In this document: in pieces, positions 47,977 through 58,695 of the stretch | Layout: every line of letters begins with the position of its first letter | How positions within the stretch are numbered: the first letter of the stretch is position 1 | Assembly (NCBI GenBank): GCA_964448115.1 | Contig: CAYUVA010000005.1 | Coordinates: 1 to 64,000, forward strand | DNA length: 64,000 nucleotides | Direction of reading: 5' to 3' | Source of the DNA: an uncultured bacterium | GTDB taxonomy: Bacteria > CAYUVA01 | Notes under the pieces: generated by a model | Databases searched by the model: none | Told to the model about the DNA's origin: nothing | Seen by the model: the letters and a program-made list of their open reading frames with translations, nothing else | Position numbers and translations under genes: made by a program

Positions 47977-49989
47977 ATGAGAAAGCCCTCTTTGGATATA
48001 TATCGCCTGATCCTGGCAATATTCAGCCTTATCTTAATCATCGTGGCTATAACCGTGCACAAGCGCAATGTATCAACATACTTTTATGGTGATGAGTCCA
48101 CCTACTACTGCATGGGCTTGAGTCTATTTTATGATCACGACCTGAGATACACGAAAGAAGACCTGGTGCGAGTGCAGAAGCTCGGTTGGGTAAATGGCCC
48201 TACTGGTATCTTACTTTCTTATGATCGTGCCAACGACGAGTACTACTACGCCAAGCCGTTAGCTTATCCATTGCTTGCCGTGCCATTTATAGCATTATCA
48301 CCTTCCAATGGGCTAATAATCTTCAATGCCCTGCTTTTTGGGCTTTCGTTGCTGCTGTTATACAGGTTTCTAGGTGAGCGAAATGACTCCGAGCGCTCCT
48401 TCTGGTTACTTGTATTATTCTTTTCAGGTAGCGTTTATGTCATCTATGTCTTCTGGATGTCGCCGGAGATCTTCAATGCATCATTTCTTGTTATCGGGCT
48501 ATATTATGCTCTGAGAAAAGGTGCAAAGCAGAAAGATTATGCAATAGCGTCCGCGCTCATGGGTATGCTTATCTACAATAGGCTTCCTTTGTTTCTGTTT
48601 TATGCAATGATTGCAGCTATCTTGCTGTTTAGAAGACGATTCAGATCTTTGATGATATTTTTAATAGTAGGTATTGCTTCGGCAGCCTTTTTTCATGGCT
48701 TGAATGCTAGCTTTACTGGAAAGGCTAACCCGTATGCTGGCGAGCGGAAGCGCTTCAACGATATCTATCCCTTACAGACGCCTGATGTAACCTTCGATAA
48801 GCTAGGACGCGTCTGGTCAACCGATACAGCCCAGTTCGTATTCGATCCCTCCATAACTTACAATGTGATGCTGCATAATTTATCTTATTTTTTCTTCGGG
48901 CGCTTTACCGGCATGATCCTGTATTTTTTCCCATTTGCGGTTGTCTTATTATTATTTATTCTAGGGAAAAAAGACCTGGAAAATATACTTCTGTTTTTAA
49001 CTATCATTGCCTCGATTTTAGCCCTAATAGTTATGATACCCTCAAATTATCAGGGCGGAGGTGGAGCTGTAGGCAATCGTTATCTTATCAGTTTCTTTCC
49101 CGCCTTTTTATTTCTGGTTCGCAAGGTCCGCTGGCGTGGAATGATCATCGCTGCCTTATTTATATCGGGTATAGCGGTCTTCAGGCTAAATATCACTCCA
49201 TTTCATACCTCCTTTTATCCGGGGCAACATGCCCAGGATCTTCCTTTCCGCCTCTTCCCTGTTGAGCTGACTCTCACCGAGTCCTTGCCCATCTTCGGAG
49301 ATAAAAAGCAGCGCGTCGAGTACTGTGGAGGGCATCTACACCTTTACTTCTTGGATGATTACGCTACTGGCAGGGAGGGAGCCAGGGACGAGTTCTGGGT
49401 GCTAGGCGGAAGAAGAGCAGAGGTCATTTTCAACATGGCTTATGTCCCTAATCAATCACCGCCTGATATCTTGGTCCTTAAAACATTCAATGGCAGGAAT
49501 CCATATAATGTCCTGGAGATCGACTCGGCGGGGAATCACCATATAATCGAGTTTACCGAGCCTAATCAGCAAAGAGATGTCATCCTGGATCTCTCACAGC
49601 CGTTCGTGTTCATAAACGCCTACGAGCACATCAAGTATGTTTTTAAATTCAGTTTTCATGCTAAAAACGGCTATGTGCCCAAGTTCACTGGCGGACCTGC
49701 CGACGGCAGGTATCTTGGAATACGCATCGAGCCAACCATGGATCCCTTCATCACCGCCCAGGCTTACCTGTGGAAAAAACAGCCCCACAAGGCTATAAAA
49801 CTGCTTGAAAGGGTGATCCAAGAGGAAGATTGGCGGGTGCACGCCTTCTATCTGCTCGGCAAGACTTACCTTGAAATCGGTGAGCAGGATAAAGCGACCA
49901 AGTATCTTATGGAAACAAAGCGAATACAACCTGGATTCATGGATACAGAAAAACTGCTCGAACAGGCTGGCAATGAACGAATAAATTGA
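47977..49989 (+). CDS. GT-C-fold (ArnT/PMT-like) membrane glycosyltransferase with C-terminal TPR
   Basis: GDESTYY in the first external loop; many TM helices; GNRY motif; terminal TPR AFYLLGKTYLEIG. Confidence 0.72.
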   Translation: MRKPSLDIYRLILAIFSLILIIVAITVHKRNVSTYFYGDESTYYCMGLSLFYDHDLRYTKEDLVRVQKLGWVNGPTGILLSYDRANDEYYYAKPLAYPLLAVPFIALSPSNGLIIFNALLFGLSLLLLYRFLGERNDSERSFWLLVLFFSGSVYVIYVFWMSPEIFNASFLVIGLYYALRKGAKQKDYAIASALMGMLIYNRLPLFLFYAMIAAILLFRRRFRSLMIFLIVGIASAAFFHGLNASFTGKANPYAGERKRFNDIYPLQTPDVTFDKLGRVWSTDTAQFVFDPSITYNVMLHNLSYFFFGRFTGMILYFFPFAVVLLLFILGKKDLENILLFLTIIASILALIVMIPSNYQGGGGAVGNRYLISFFPAFLFLVRKVRWRGMIIAALFISGIAVFRLNITPFHTSFYPGQHAQDLPFRLFPVELTLTESLPIFGDKKQRVEYCGGHLHLYFLDDYATGREGARDEFWVLGGRRAEVIFNMAYVPNQSPPDILVLKTFNGRNPYNVLEIDSAGNHHIIEFTEPNQQRDVILDLSQPFVFINAYEHIKYVFKFSFHAKNGYVPKFTGGPADGRYLGIRIEPTMDPFITAQAYLWKKQPHKAIKLLERVIQEEDWRVHAFYLLGKTYLEIGEQDKATKYLMETKRIQPGFMDTEKLLEQAGNERIN

Positions 49990-50004
49990 TAAAAGAGGAT
50001 ACCT

Positions 50005-51396
50005 GTGAGGCTGGCGCTGCTCAACATGCCGATCATAACCCAGAAGGCGGATCGATTCCAGATTGAGAGCCTTCACCCACGCATCGGCGTATGTTCAATA
50101 GGTACCCAGGCTAAACATGCCGGGCATGAGGTCATCATCTTAGATCCCGAACTCGATAAGCCAGAAACCATCCTTGGAAAGCTTACTGATTTCAAGCCCC
50201 GATTCGTTGGCATAGCCGCATATACCGAGGAGATCATAGCTGCTGACAAGACAGCCGAGCTGATAAAAAGCCATATTCCTGGAACCCAGGTTATTGTCGG
50301 CGGACATCACGCATCCGCTCTGCCGCTACGGACACTTAGCGAGTTTCCTAATATCGATATGATCATCGCCGGCGAGGGTGAGCAGACTATGCTGGAGCTG
50401 TTGGCTGGCAATAAAATTGGAGATATACCCGGAGTCGGTTGGCGTAATTCAGGGCAGATTTGCTTCAACCGGGTGGCTCCAAAGATAGATGATATCAATA
50501 GGCTGGCACCGCCGGATTGGAATCTTTTTAATATCGAGCGATACAGAGGGAGCAGCCTGGCAACCGGCTTCAAGCATCGTGGAAATTCGCTGGATATCTC
50601 GGTGGAGGGGGCACGGGGATGTCCGTTCAACTGCCATTTCTGCTTTCGTATGTCCGGGAAGGAGATTCGATACAAAAAGCCGCAACGAATAGTCGATGAG
50701 ATAATTCGGGATATAGAACTGTATGGAGCGACCTCCATATACTTCACTGAGGGAAGCTACGGGGTGAACCGGCAGCATGCCATCGAGACCTGCAAGCTCA
50801 TGATTGAGCAGCGGCTTGGTGAACGCATCCGCTGGACAGTCGGCGGCAGGATAAACCTGTTGGACGAGGAGTTGCTGGAGCTTATGTATAAGTCAGGATG
50901 CCGTTTCCTGGGAATCGGGGTTGAATCTGGTTCCCAGGAGATCCTGGATCGCATCGGCAAAAATATATCTATCAAGCGCATCGAGGAGGTGTTCAATTAC
51001 TGTAGGCAACTAGGCATAGAGACCGAGGCCAACTTCATCATCGGACACCCATTCGAGACTGAAGAGACGGTGAACCAGACCATCGAGTTTGCGCGAAGGC
51101 TGAGGGCTGATAATGCCAATTTTGCTATATTGGTTCCGTTCCCTGGCACCCTAACGGCTCAATATGCGAAAGAAGGTTACGGGGGACTGCGCATCAAGTC
51201 GGAGAACTGGGCATTATATGGCAAGCAGATAGGCGCAGCGATGGAGCTAGATCAGCTCCCCACCGACAAGCTAATCAAGCTTCAAAACAAGGCTTATCGT
51301 AGATTCTACCTGCGCCCCAGAAATCTGCCTAAATTCATAAGGAAATTGAATACTGGTAGAATGATTAGTATATTAAAAAGACTGTTGAACCAGTAA
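50005..51396 (+). CDS. B12-binding-domain radical SAM protein
   Basis: VGGHHAS, GEGE, RGCPFNCHFC and GVESGSQ motifs. Confidence 0.92.
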   Translation: MRLALLNMPIITQKADRFQIESLHPRIGVCSIGTQAKHAGHEVIILDPELDKPETILGKLTDFKPRFVGIAAYTEEIIAADKTAELIKSHIPGTQVIVGGHHASALPLRTLSEFPNIDMIIAGEGEQTMLELLAGNKIGDIPGVGWRNSGQICFNRVAPKIDDINRLAPPDWNLFNIERYRGSSLATGFKHRGNSLDISVEGARGCPFNCHFCFRMSGKEIRYKKPQRIVDEIIRDIELYGATSIYFTEGSYGVNRQHAIETCKLMIEQRLGERIRWTVGGRINLLDEELLELMYKSGCRFLGIGVESGSQEILDRIGKNISIKRIEEVFNYCRQLGIETEANFIIGHPFETEETVNQTIEFARRLRADNANFAILVPFPGTLTAQYAKEGYGGLRIKSENWALYGKQIGAAMELDQLPTDKLIKLQNKAYRRFYLRPRNLPKFIRKLNTGRMISILKRLLNQ

Positions 51397-51418
51397 CAAC
51401 ATAGAAATACTAGCCAGA

Positions 51419-51649
51419 TTGTTTGCTTATATAAGTAAAAAGTTAAAAAAAACTTTGCGATTCAAGGATTTCCCCGGCTTTTTAATGGTGGAGAATTGCA
51501 GTTTATGCAACCTTAGATGCCCTAAGTGTTGGGAGGATAAAAATTATATTCGCTTCCGAAGATCTGTGCTCGAAGGTGATTCGAAGCCTTTGCAGTGCCG
51601 CGATTGTTATTATCGCCAAGGGATACTTGACCCATTACCCAAGCCTTGA
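51419..51649 (+). pseudogene. Radical SAM/SPASM gene remnant (internal deletion)
   Basis: CNLRCPKC is joined directly to a SPASM-type tail W...Y..FRR...CRDC in only 76 aa. Confidence 0.6.
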
Positions 51650-51659
51650 GCAAGATCAA

Positions 51660-54245
51660 TCATAAATAACATTTCATGTTATCGTATAACTGTTGAGGTA
51701 AAAATCCTAGACGCGACAGGATTATCCTTGTATCTGCATCATAGTTTGATCCTGTAAGGGCGCGGGCAATTTCATAAGGCTTCATGGTTAGTTTTTCTCC
51801 ACGAAGAAGCGTGAACTCATAGCCGCTCAGTCCATGTTCTTCAGTGAATAATCGCAAATCACTTAATGCCTTCAAGGTATGCTCGGCTTTGCTATCTGTA
51901 TCAGCGAAGTCAATTAGCTTCTCCCGCAGTGCGCTCTTGTCTAGGTTGGGATTAAATAAGCCATCAGCATCAGCTTTAAAAGTTACTCTATATTGAAATC
52001 CTTGCACTAATTTAGACAGTCGAGGAGCATTTTTAGGGATCTCCTGGAGAGATAACAAGAGCAATCCATCCGGAAGCTCTTTATTCACCTTTTTAAGTTC
52101 AGTATCGGATAGTGTCTGCCCTGTGAAAAGCTCGAATATCTCATTCTTTGCCTCCATGCCGACCGGCAGTGCATCGATAAAAGAGAAGCGTGGGTGAGGA
52201 TTGAAGCCCTTACTGTAGGCGATTCTGATACCGGCTCTTCTGAAGGCGCGTTGAAAGGCGGTTACCATGTCGATATGACCCATGTATCGAGCTAGCCCAA
52301 CTTTGCAATAAAATAACCGATACCGGTATGTTCCCTGGGGCGCTAAATCACCTTGAAAAGCCTGTCTTTGGTCACATTTAGCATCATTTTCTTGGGTGAT
52401 TTTTATGACAATGCCTTCTTCCAGGTCGCAGGCGCCACACTTCTCGCAGGGAGTTACCGGGCATTGCTCAGAGGTTATTCCACGCATTGCTCGAAGATAA
52501 TCTCGATAAAGATAATCCTTGTCTAGCCTTGGATCGATGATATCCCAAGGAAACAGGCAATCTCGATCTCGCATCACATATAAAAAAGGCTCCAGTTGAA
52601 GTTCAGCCTCTGCCAGCGAGTCGTTCCATGGCTGCATGTCAAAGTTTTCACTCCATGCTTCCAAGCAAGCGCCACGATTATAGGCATTCACGATCGCCTC
52701 CGATATCAGCCTGCTGCCTCTGCTAAGGAATCCCTCCACCGTGCTCACCGGCGGTTGATGCCATTTCAAGGATATGCCGGGGTCTTTCAAGTGATTTATG
52801 AGATAATCAAGTTTATATTGCAGCACCTGTTGGGCATCCATCGGGTGCCATTGAAAAGGTGTGTGCGGCTTGGGCACGAATGGTGAGAGGGTGATGTTCA
52901 ACCAGGCTTTTCTACTATGGTATGATCTGCCTATTCTGAAGATCTCCCTGCTCAGGCGCATCATCTCATCGAGATCCTCCATCCTCTCCAATGGCAAGCC
53001 AAACATGAAATAGAGCTTCAGCCCCTGCCAGCCGGCTGCAAAGACCTTATCTGCATCATCCAGGATCTGCTGCTCTGATATCTTCTTGTTTATTATATCG
53101 CGCAGCCTTTGACTCCCCGCCTCCGGTGCCAGGGTGAATCCAGCCTTGCGTACCTGCTGCATCCTTTTTAGCATATCCAAACTTAGAGCCCCCGGTCGTA
53201 GCGATGGGAAGGATAGCGAGGTATGCTGCTTCCCTGCTACTGCACCGCCAACCTTTACGAGACTTTCCAGGGTGTGGTAATCGCCAATGCTTAGCGATAA
53301 TAAGGAGATCTCATCACAGCCCTCGTGGCTTAATCTATCTTCGATTTCTCTTTGGATATCAGCGCCAGGTTTCTCTCTGTAAGGTCGATAGATATATCCA
53401 GCCTGGCAGAACCTGCATCCCTGAGGACAGCCGCGGGCTACCTCGACGGTGCTGCGATCGTGAATGACCTGTGCGGTGGGAGTAATCAATCCGCCACCGA
53501 GAAAGAAATTGCTTGGATTCCTAGCCACCATTCGACCAGGTCTTTGGCTTATATCAGCCCTTCTTAACCTGAATTCACGCACCTGGAAGGGATCAGCATG
53601 TATAGGCTCATAATAACGGGGAACATATATGCCAGGAAGTTGAGCAAGTTTCGATAAGGCACTTTCTTTGTCAGGATAATCCCCCAGTTTTACCTCGATA
53701 AGCTTCTTGCACAAATCATCGACTATCTCCTCGATCTCACCGATTACGAAAAAATCGAAGAATTCAGCCAACGGCTCTGCATTGCATGTAACCGGTCCGC
53801 CAGCCATCACAACAGGGAATAGCCTATCCTCTCTATCTTGAGCTTTTATGGGAACATGTCCCAAGCTCAACATCTTGAGCACCGATGTAAAGGCAAGCTC
53901 GTAGTGCAATGAAAAAGCGATGAAATCGAACCGCGCCATCGGGGTCATGGTCTCCAGGCTACAAAGCGGGATGTTCTTTGCCTCCATTAGATGGCGCATA
54001 TCCTGGCCGGGCATGAAGAACCTCTCGGCGTATATGTCAGGATGCTTGTTCAGGTAAGTATAAACCAGCTTGAAGCCGTAGTTCGACATACCGATCGGAT
54101 AAGTATCCGGAAAAGCTAGTGCAATGCGCAGCCTTATGTTGTTTAGCTCTTTGCGGGGAAGGTTATGTTCTAAAGGGATATAATGGAGTGGTTGTCGAAT
54201 CCGCTCCCAACCAAATCCTGATATCTTCTTATCATCAATTCTCAT
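51660..54245 (-). CDS. Radical SAM protein (TIGR03960-type) fused to DUF2344/TIGR03936-type domain
   Basis: FPDTYPIGMS, RGCPQGCRFC, APEAGSQRLR, PKPHTPFQW; C-terminal AYSKGFNPHPRFSF; typical position after rodA. Confidence 0.92.
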   Translation of the reverse strand: MRIDDKKISGFGWERIRQPLHYIPLEHNLPRKELNNIRLRIALAFPDTYPIGMSNYGFKLVYTYLNKHPDIYAERFFMPGQDMRHLMEAKNIPLCSLETMTPMARFDFIAFSLHYELAFTSVLKMLSLGHVPIKAQDREDRLFPVVMAGGPVTCNAEPLAEFFDFFVIGEIEEIVDDLCKKLIEVKLGDYPDKESALSKLAQLPGIYVPRYYEPIHADPFQVREFRLRRADISQRPGRMVARNPSNFFLGGGLITPTAQVIHDRSTVEVARGCPQGCRFCQAGYIYRPYREKPGADIQREIEDRLSHEGCDEISLLSLSIGDYHTLESLVKVGGAVAGKQHTSLSFPSLRPGALSLDMLKRMQQVRKAGFTLAPEAGSQRLRDIINKKISEQQILDDADKVFAAGWQGLKLYFMFGLPLERMEDLDEMMRLSREIFRIGRSYHSRKAWLNITLSPFVPKPHTPFQWHPMDAQQVLQYKLDYLINHLKDPGISLKWHQPPVSTVEGFLSRGSRLISEAIVNAYNRGACLEAWSENFDMQPWNDSLAEAELQLEPFLYVMRDRDCLFPWDIIDPRLDKDYLYRDYLRAMRGITSEQCPVTPCEKCGACDLEEGIVIKITQENDAKCDQRQAFQGDLAPQGTYRYRLFYCKVGLARYMGHIDMVTAFQRAFRRAGIRIAYSKGFNPHPRFSFIDALPVGMEAKNEIFELFTGQTLSDTELKKVNKELPDGLLLLSLQEIPKNAPRLSKLVQGFQYRVTFKADADGLFNPNLDKSALREKLIDFADTDSKAEHTLKALSDLRLFTEEHGLSGYEFTLLRGEKLTMKPYEIARALTGSNYDADTRIILSRLGFLPQQLYDNMKCYL

Positions 54246-55413
54246 TCCTCGGTTTTCTCATTTTAACATTAAATACAAGTGAAAGCGATGCCATATTGGT
54301 AACCATCGAAGAGCCCCCGTAGCTGATCAACGGCAGGGGTATCCCTGTGGTAGGTAACAGACTCAACAACATCCCAATATTCAGCAATGCCTGGAAGGCT
54401 ATCATCGTAAAAATGCCCCCCAATAGAAGCTGGCTTTCAATATGATCTGTCTTGCGAAATATCCGATAGATGGAAAACAATAGAAGCATATATAATAATA
54501 TTATAGGAAGAACTCCTTTCAGAAATCCTAGATCCTCGGCGATTACTGCAAAGATGAAGTCGGTATGACATTCGGGCAGGAATTTATTATTATGCTGGCT
54601 CCCCTGCTTATATCCCATCCCGGTCAAGCCACCGTTTCCAATAGCTATGATGCAGTTCTTGAGGTTGTAGCTTTTCGCATTTAATGGATCAAAAAGGGTG
54701 TCAAGGAAATCTGATATGATCTTTAATTGATGAGAGGTAAGAATCCAATTGAGAAAAGGAGCTGAGACTATCCCGAAAACGACAATAGCAATAAAAAGGG
54801 TGAAAAGATACTTAGATCTTATGCCGCGAAGAAATAACATCGATCCCACAATGACAAACAGGCACATTGAGGTTCCCAGATCCGGCTGAGATAATACTAA
54901 AAATATCGGGACTGCGCTGATCAATAGGGCGAGCATTAGATTTTTTAGGCTTAGAAATTGTTTCTGCTCTTTAGATAGCACCCTTGCCAGAAGGATAATA
55001 AGAATGATCTTCAGAAACTCGGAAGGTTGAAACTTGTACGGTCCGGCTCTAATCCAGCTTCTTGCGCCATTTATCAGCTCTCCATATTTAAGAAGATATA
55101 ATAGAAGTAGAAATATCAGCACATAGAGAATCCATCTTGTTTTAAGCAGGGACTGATAATGAAATCCGAGAAGGAAAAAAAAGACAATCATACCGGCGGC
55201 TATGTTGACCAACTGCCTCATGGCCAAAGGGCTTAATCCGTTGGCAGAATCGGTTGGCTTAGCACTATTTATCCCTGCAATGGAGTAAACAAGAAGCAAG
55301 ATGATAACGATAAACATCGATATATCGAATCTACTCCATGGCCCGGATCCTTTTATGGTATCGTATCTGACTACCATTATATTCCCATTCTCTGTCTTTG
55401 AATAAATTCCCAT
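54235..55413 (-). CDS. rodA: Rod shape-determining protein RodA (SEDS family)
   Basis: GARSWI, QPSEF, QPDLGT, HTDFIFA and LPLISYGGSS motifs; follows mrdA. Confidence 0.94.
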   Translation of the reverse strand: MGIYSKTENGNIMVVRYDTIKGSGPWSRFDISMFIVIILLLVYSIAGINSAKPTDSANGLSPLAMRQLVNIAAGMIVFFFLLGFHYQSLLKTRWILYVLIFLLLLYLLKYGELINGARSWIRAGPYKFQPSEFLKIILIILLARVLSKEQKQFLSLKNLMLALLISAVPIFLVLSQPDLGTSMCLFVIVGSMLFLRGIRSKYLFTLFIAIVVFGIVSAPFLNWILTSHQLKIISDFLDTLFDPLNAKSYNLKNCIIAIGNGGLTGMGYKQGSQHNNKFLPECHTDFIFAVIAEDLGFLKGVLPIILLYMLLLFSIYRIFRKTDHIESQLLLGGIFTMIAFQALLNIGMLLSLLPTTGIPLPLISYGGSSMVTNMASLSLVFNVKMRKPRNEN

Positions 55414-55416
55414 TGC

Positions 55417-57246
55417 TTAGCCATCCTGTGATTTTATCTCATTAAAGTATCTTCTCATGATCTCTCGTGCTATTATGATTCGTTTTCCCATCGCCTTCTT
55501 TCCCCCATGTTCGATATAAATCACCAGAACTATTTCCGGGGCATCATAATCAGCAAAGCAGGCAAACCAGCCGTGATCTTGCTTCTGCCAGCGGTCAAAA
55601 GAGTCCTTGACCTTTGACCAATCGAAGTCATTCCCTACAACCTGCGCTGTTCCGGTCTTCCCGCAGATATTAAGACCTTTGACCCTGACCCAATAGGCAG
55701 TGCCCCCCTCCTCGTTTGCGACTGCATACATCCCCTCGCGTACCAGTTCAATGTTTCTTTGATCAAAGCTCAGCTCATGTATCCCATTATCGTCCTTCGA
55801 GCTGTGCGGTTTCAAGAGCAGGCGAGGAGAAAAACGATAGCGTCCATTGGCAATGGCTGAAATGGCTACCGCCACTTGAATAGGGGTTGCCAAGAAGCCC
55901 CCCTGCCCTATGGATAGAAAAAGCTGCTCGGCAGGACGCCATATCTTGCCCATCTTGGCGAAGTCCTCTGGATTAGATACCAATCCAGCTTTCTCGCCGT
56001 GTATCTCGATACCGGTCGGCTGCCCAAATCCTAGCTCCCTGGCTGTATAGAGCAGATCTTCAAGCTCAAGTTTATCCCCGATCTGCACGAAGGAGACATT
56101 ACAGGAGTGCTTTAGTGCATCCCTGACGGTTAATTCACCATGAGCTTCATTTCTGAAACAACTGAACCAGGTTCGGCGCAGGTAGATCTTCCCTTCACAT
56201 TTAAAGGTGCTCTTTCTATGGATGACTCCACTCTCTAGGGCAGCCAAAGCGGTTACAGTCTTGAAGATCGAGCCGATCGGCTGGGCACTTTGCACACATC
56301 GGTTATATAATGGATTTTTCTTATCAGCCAACAATGATTTGAAGTAATTCTTTCTTTGTTTACCGATGAGCATGTTTGGATTAAAGGTGGGACGCGAGTA
56401 TATGGCAAGCACCTCGCCATTATTGGGATCCATAGCTACTACTCCCCCAGCGTTGCAATCGAAGACATCCTCTATGATTCGTTGCAGGCGATAGTCGATG
56501 GTGAGATATAAATCCTCCCCTGGTATTGGATTTTTATAATGCGGATATCCCATCTCTTCGATAACATGTCCTAGGGCATCAACCTCAAGGGTCTTGAAGC
56601 CATCTGTACCGATCAGATAATGCTCAAAATAACGCTCCAATCCACTCTTACCGACATAATCTCCAGGTAATACACCCTTTTGTGCGTAAATCGGCAGTTT
56701 AAGCTCGGCATCCGATACTGGTCCCATGTAGCCTAGCAAGTGACAAGCAAGGTCATCATAGAGATAATCCCTGACCTGGATCGCCTTTATCTTCACCTGG
56801 GGATATAGAGCCTTATATTTGGCGAAGATAGCGAGATGCTCCTGGCTGAGATCTTGATAGACCAAAATATCGGGTCCAACTTGCTGTTCATAGGCGACCT
56901 TCATATCTGTAAGGAACTCTTTTTTATCGATATGAAGCAGTTCTGCAAGGCTTTCAGCCAGCTCTTTCCTTAATTTCTTATCCATATTTTTTGGAAAACT
57001 AAGACAATAGCTTGGTCGGTTGTCAACTAACAGGATACGGTTGCGATCGTAGATCCTTCCACGAGGCGCTTGTAGCCTGATGACCTGGGTTCGGTTATTG
57101 AAAGCCCTTGCTCTGCACTCATCGCTTAGGTTAGCTTGAAAATCGAGGTAATATCCTGCAATGAATATGTAGGCAAGCATAGAGCCTAGAAAAACGAGAA
57201 AAAACCTTTGCTTTTGGATTTTAACAATTATTGGATCATCATGCAT
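55417..57246 (-). CDS. mrdA: Penicillin-binding protein 2
   Basis: APRGRIYDRN; SxxK (SIFK), SCN and KTGTAQ motifs. Confidence 0.95.
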   Translation of the reverse strand: MHDDPIIVKIQKQRFFLVFLGSMLAYIFIAGYYLDFQANLSDECRARAFNNRTQVIRLQAPRGRIYDRNRILLVDNRPSYCLSFPKNMDKKLRKELAESLAELLHIDKKEFLTDMKVAYEQQVGPDILVYQDLSQEHLAIFAKYKALYPQVKIKAIQVRDYLYDDLACHLLGYMGPVSDAELKLPIYAQKGVLPGDYVGKSGLERYFEHYLIGTDGFKTLEVDALGHVIEEMGYPHYKNPIPGEDLYLTIDYRLQRIIEDVFDCNAGGVVAMDPNNGEVLAIYSRPTFNPNMLIGKQRKNYFKSLLADKKNPLYNRCVQSAQPIGSIFKTVTALAALESGVIHRKSTFKCEGKIYLRRTWFSCFRNEAHGELTVRDALKHSCNVSFVQIGDKLELEDLLYTARELGFGQPTGIEIHGEKAGLVSNPEDFAKMGKIWRPAEQLFLSIGQGGFLATPIQVAVAISAIANGRYRFSPRLLLKPHSSKDDNGIHELSFDQRNIELVREGMYAVANEEGGTAYWVRVKGLNICGKTGTAQVVGNDFDWSKVKDSFDRWQKQDHGWFACFADYDAPEIVLVIYIEHGGKKAMGKRIIIAREIMRRYFNEIKSQDG

Positions 57247-57760
57247 AGATCCTCCTAGGTATGAATATTATAGTCAAGGCTGCACAGGCGGGTAATGCTG
57301 CAACAAAGGTGATTACAACCTCCATTAGAGTCAAACTGCCTGCATATTGAATGCTAGGCAATTTAATATCCAACACAATATTTATAAAAAGAACTAGGAT
57401 ACCCTTGAGCACAGAGGCAGCCAGAACGATGATTGATAACCATAAAACCAAAGACCAGCGAGGCTTTCCCTGTAACCTTCGTCTTAACCCTAACCTGATA
57501 GAAACTGCAATAAGTATAAGAAGATAGAGACAATGATATCCTGGCGAGCTTGCCAACCAAAGATCAAAAACCAGCCCGACAATGAATGTAACTACTAAAG
57601 CGATTGAAGGATTAAGAACAACTGAAATAAAGATGACGAAAGCTAAAAGCAAGTCTGGGGTTATCCAAAATAGGTTAGCCAGAATATTTTGCACACCTAA
57701 GGCTGCTATCAAGTAGAAAAATGCTCCCGGTATCGTGATGTAATTACTGCGTAATTCCAT
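57239..57760 (-). CDS. mreD: Rod shape-determining protein MreD
   Basis: TPDLLL...GLVFD; hydrophobic; lies between mreC and mrdA. Confidence 0.8.
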   Translation of the reverse strand: MELRSNYITIPGAFFYLIAALGVQNILANLFWITPDLLLAFVIFISVVLNPSIALVVTFIVGLVFDLWLASSPGYHCLYLLILIAVSIRLGLRRRLQGKPRWSLVLWLSIIVLAASVLKGILVLFINIVLDIKLPSIQYAGSLTLMEVVITFVAALPACAALTIIFIPRRIYA

Positions 57761-58607
57761 AAACTTGTGAAAAAAGCTTCTCTATTTCATATAACGGTTG
57801 GATTATCAAGACCTCCTCGCACTTAGTAAGATCGACCATTGGCTTGACCTCGACCTCGTAGAATATGCCGGCTTGATCTTTTTTTGCCGCTACCACGGTG
57901 CCAACCGGTACTCCAGGGGGAAAGATGCCACTCATTCCTGATGTATAAACCCTCTCATCGATGTAGATTTTATATTCCTTCCTCAAGAAACGGAGTCGGC
58001 AGTGATCCTCTCCCCCCCCTTCTAAGAATCCCTTGACTCGAGATCGTCCCAGGTAAACCGGGATCATGGAATTGATATCGGTTATAAGCCTGACCCGGCA
58101 TAGATTCGGATAGCAAAAAACGATAACACCGACCAGGGCATAAGGATTATTATTGATAACCCCAAAGCCCGGAAATACCATATCATCGGTCCCCTTGTCG
58201 ATTATAAACCCTCGACTCCAATTCTCTGGATCCATCCCGGTTATCCTTGCAACCTGCCCCTTGACGAGCAATTCAGGAATGTTGAAGAACTCTATGAGTC
58301 TCTGGTTTTGTCGATAAGCATCCAAATATTGGGCAACCAATATCTTGAGGCTTGCATTTTCTTCTCTAAGACTCATGATCTCCCGATTAAGATCTCTGGT
58401 ATCTTTTAATAGTTGAAAAAAGGAGTAGATGTTATCAGAAGCCAATTGCGATATTCTCAAAATAGGTTTGCCAGCATTGATAATCCAGGCTACCATCCGG
58501 GACTTGACCTGTCTCTTCTCCAGCGTAAAGGCGATCAGCAAGAAAGAACATAGTAATAACAAAGCTAATAAAGCATAAAATCTGTACTGTCGAAATCTGC
58601 TTCCCAT
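57744..58607 (-). CDS. mreC: Rod shape-determining protein MreC
   Basis: TM helix plus coiled coil; IDKG; TSGMSGIFPPGVPVG. Confidence 0.92.
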   Translation of the reverse strand: MGSRFRQYRFYALLALLLLCSFLLIAFTLEKRQVKSRMVAWIINAGKPILRISQLASDNIYSFFQLLKDTRDLNREIMSLREENASLKILVAQYLDAYRQNQRLIEFFNIPELLVKGQVARITGMDPENWSRGFIIDKGTDDMVFPGFGVINNNPYALVGVIVFCYPNLCRVRLITDINSMIPVYLGRSRVKGFLEGGGEDHCRLRFLRKEYKIYIDERVYTSGMSGIFPPGVPVGTVVAAKKDQAGIFYEVEVKPMVDLTKCEEVLIIQPLYEIEKLFSQVYGITQ

Positions 58608-58695
58608 CTTTCAAAGACCGCTTAAGCGGCTCATATTTACTCATCAGTAAACTCTATGCGCACAAGGCAACAAAAAGCCTAAAAGCTCGATAATC

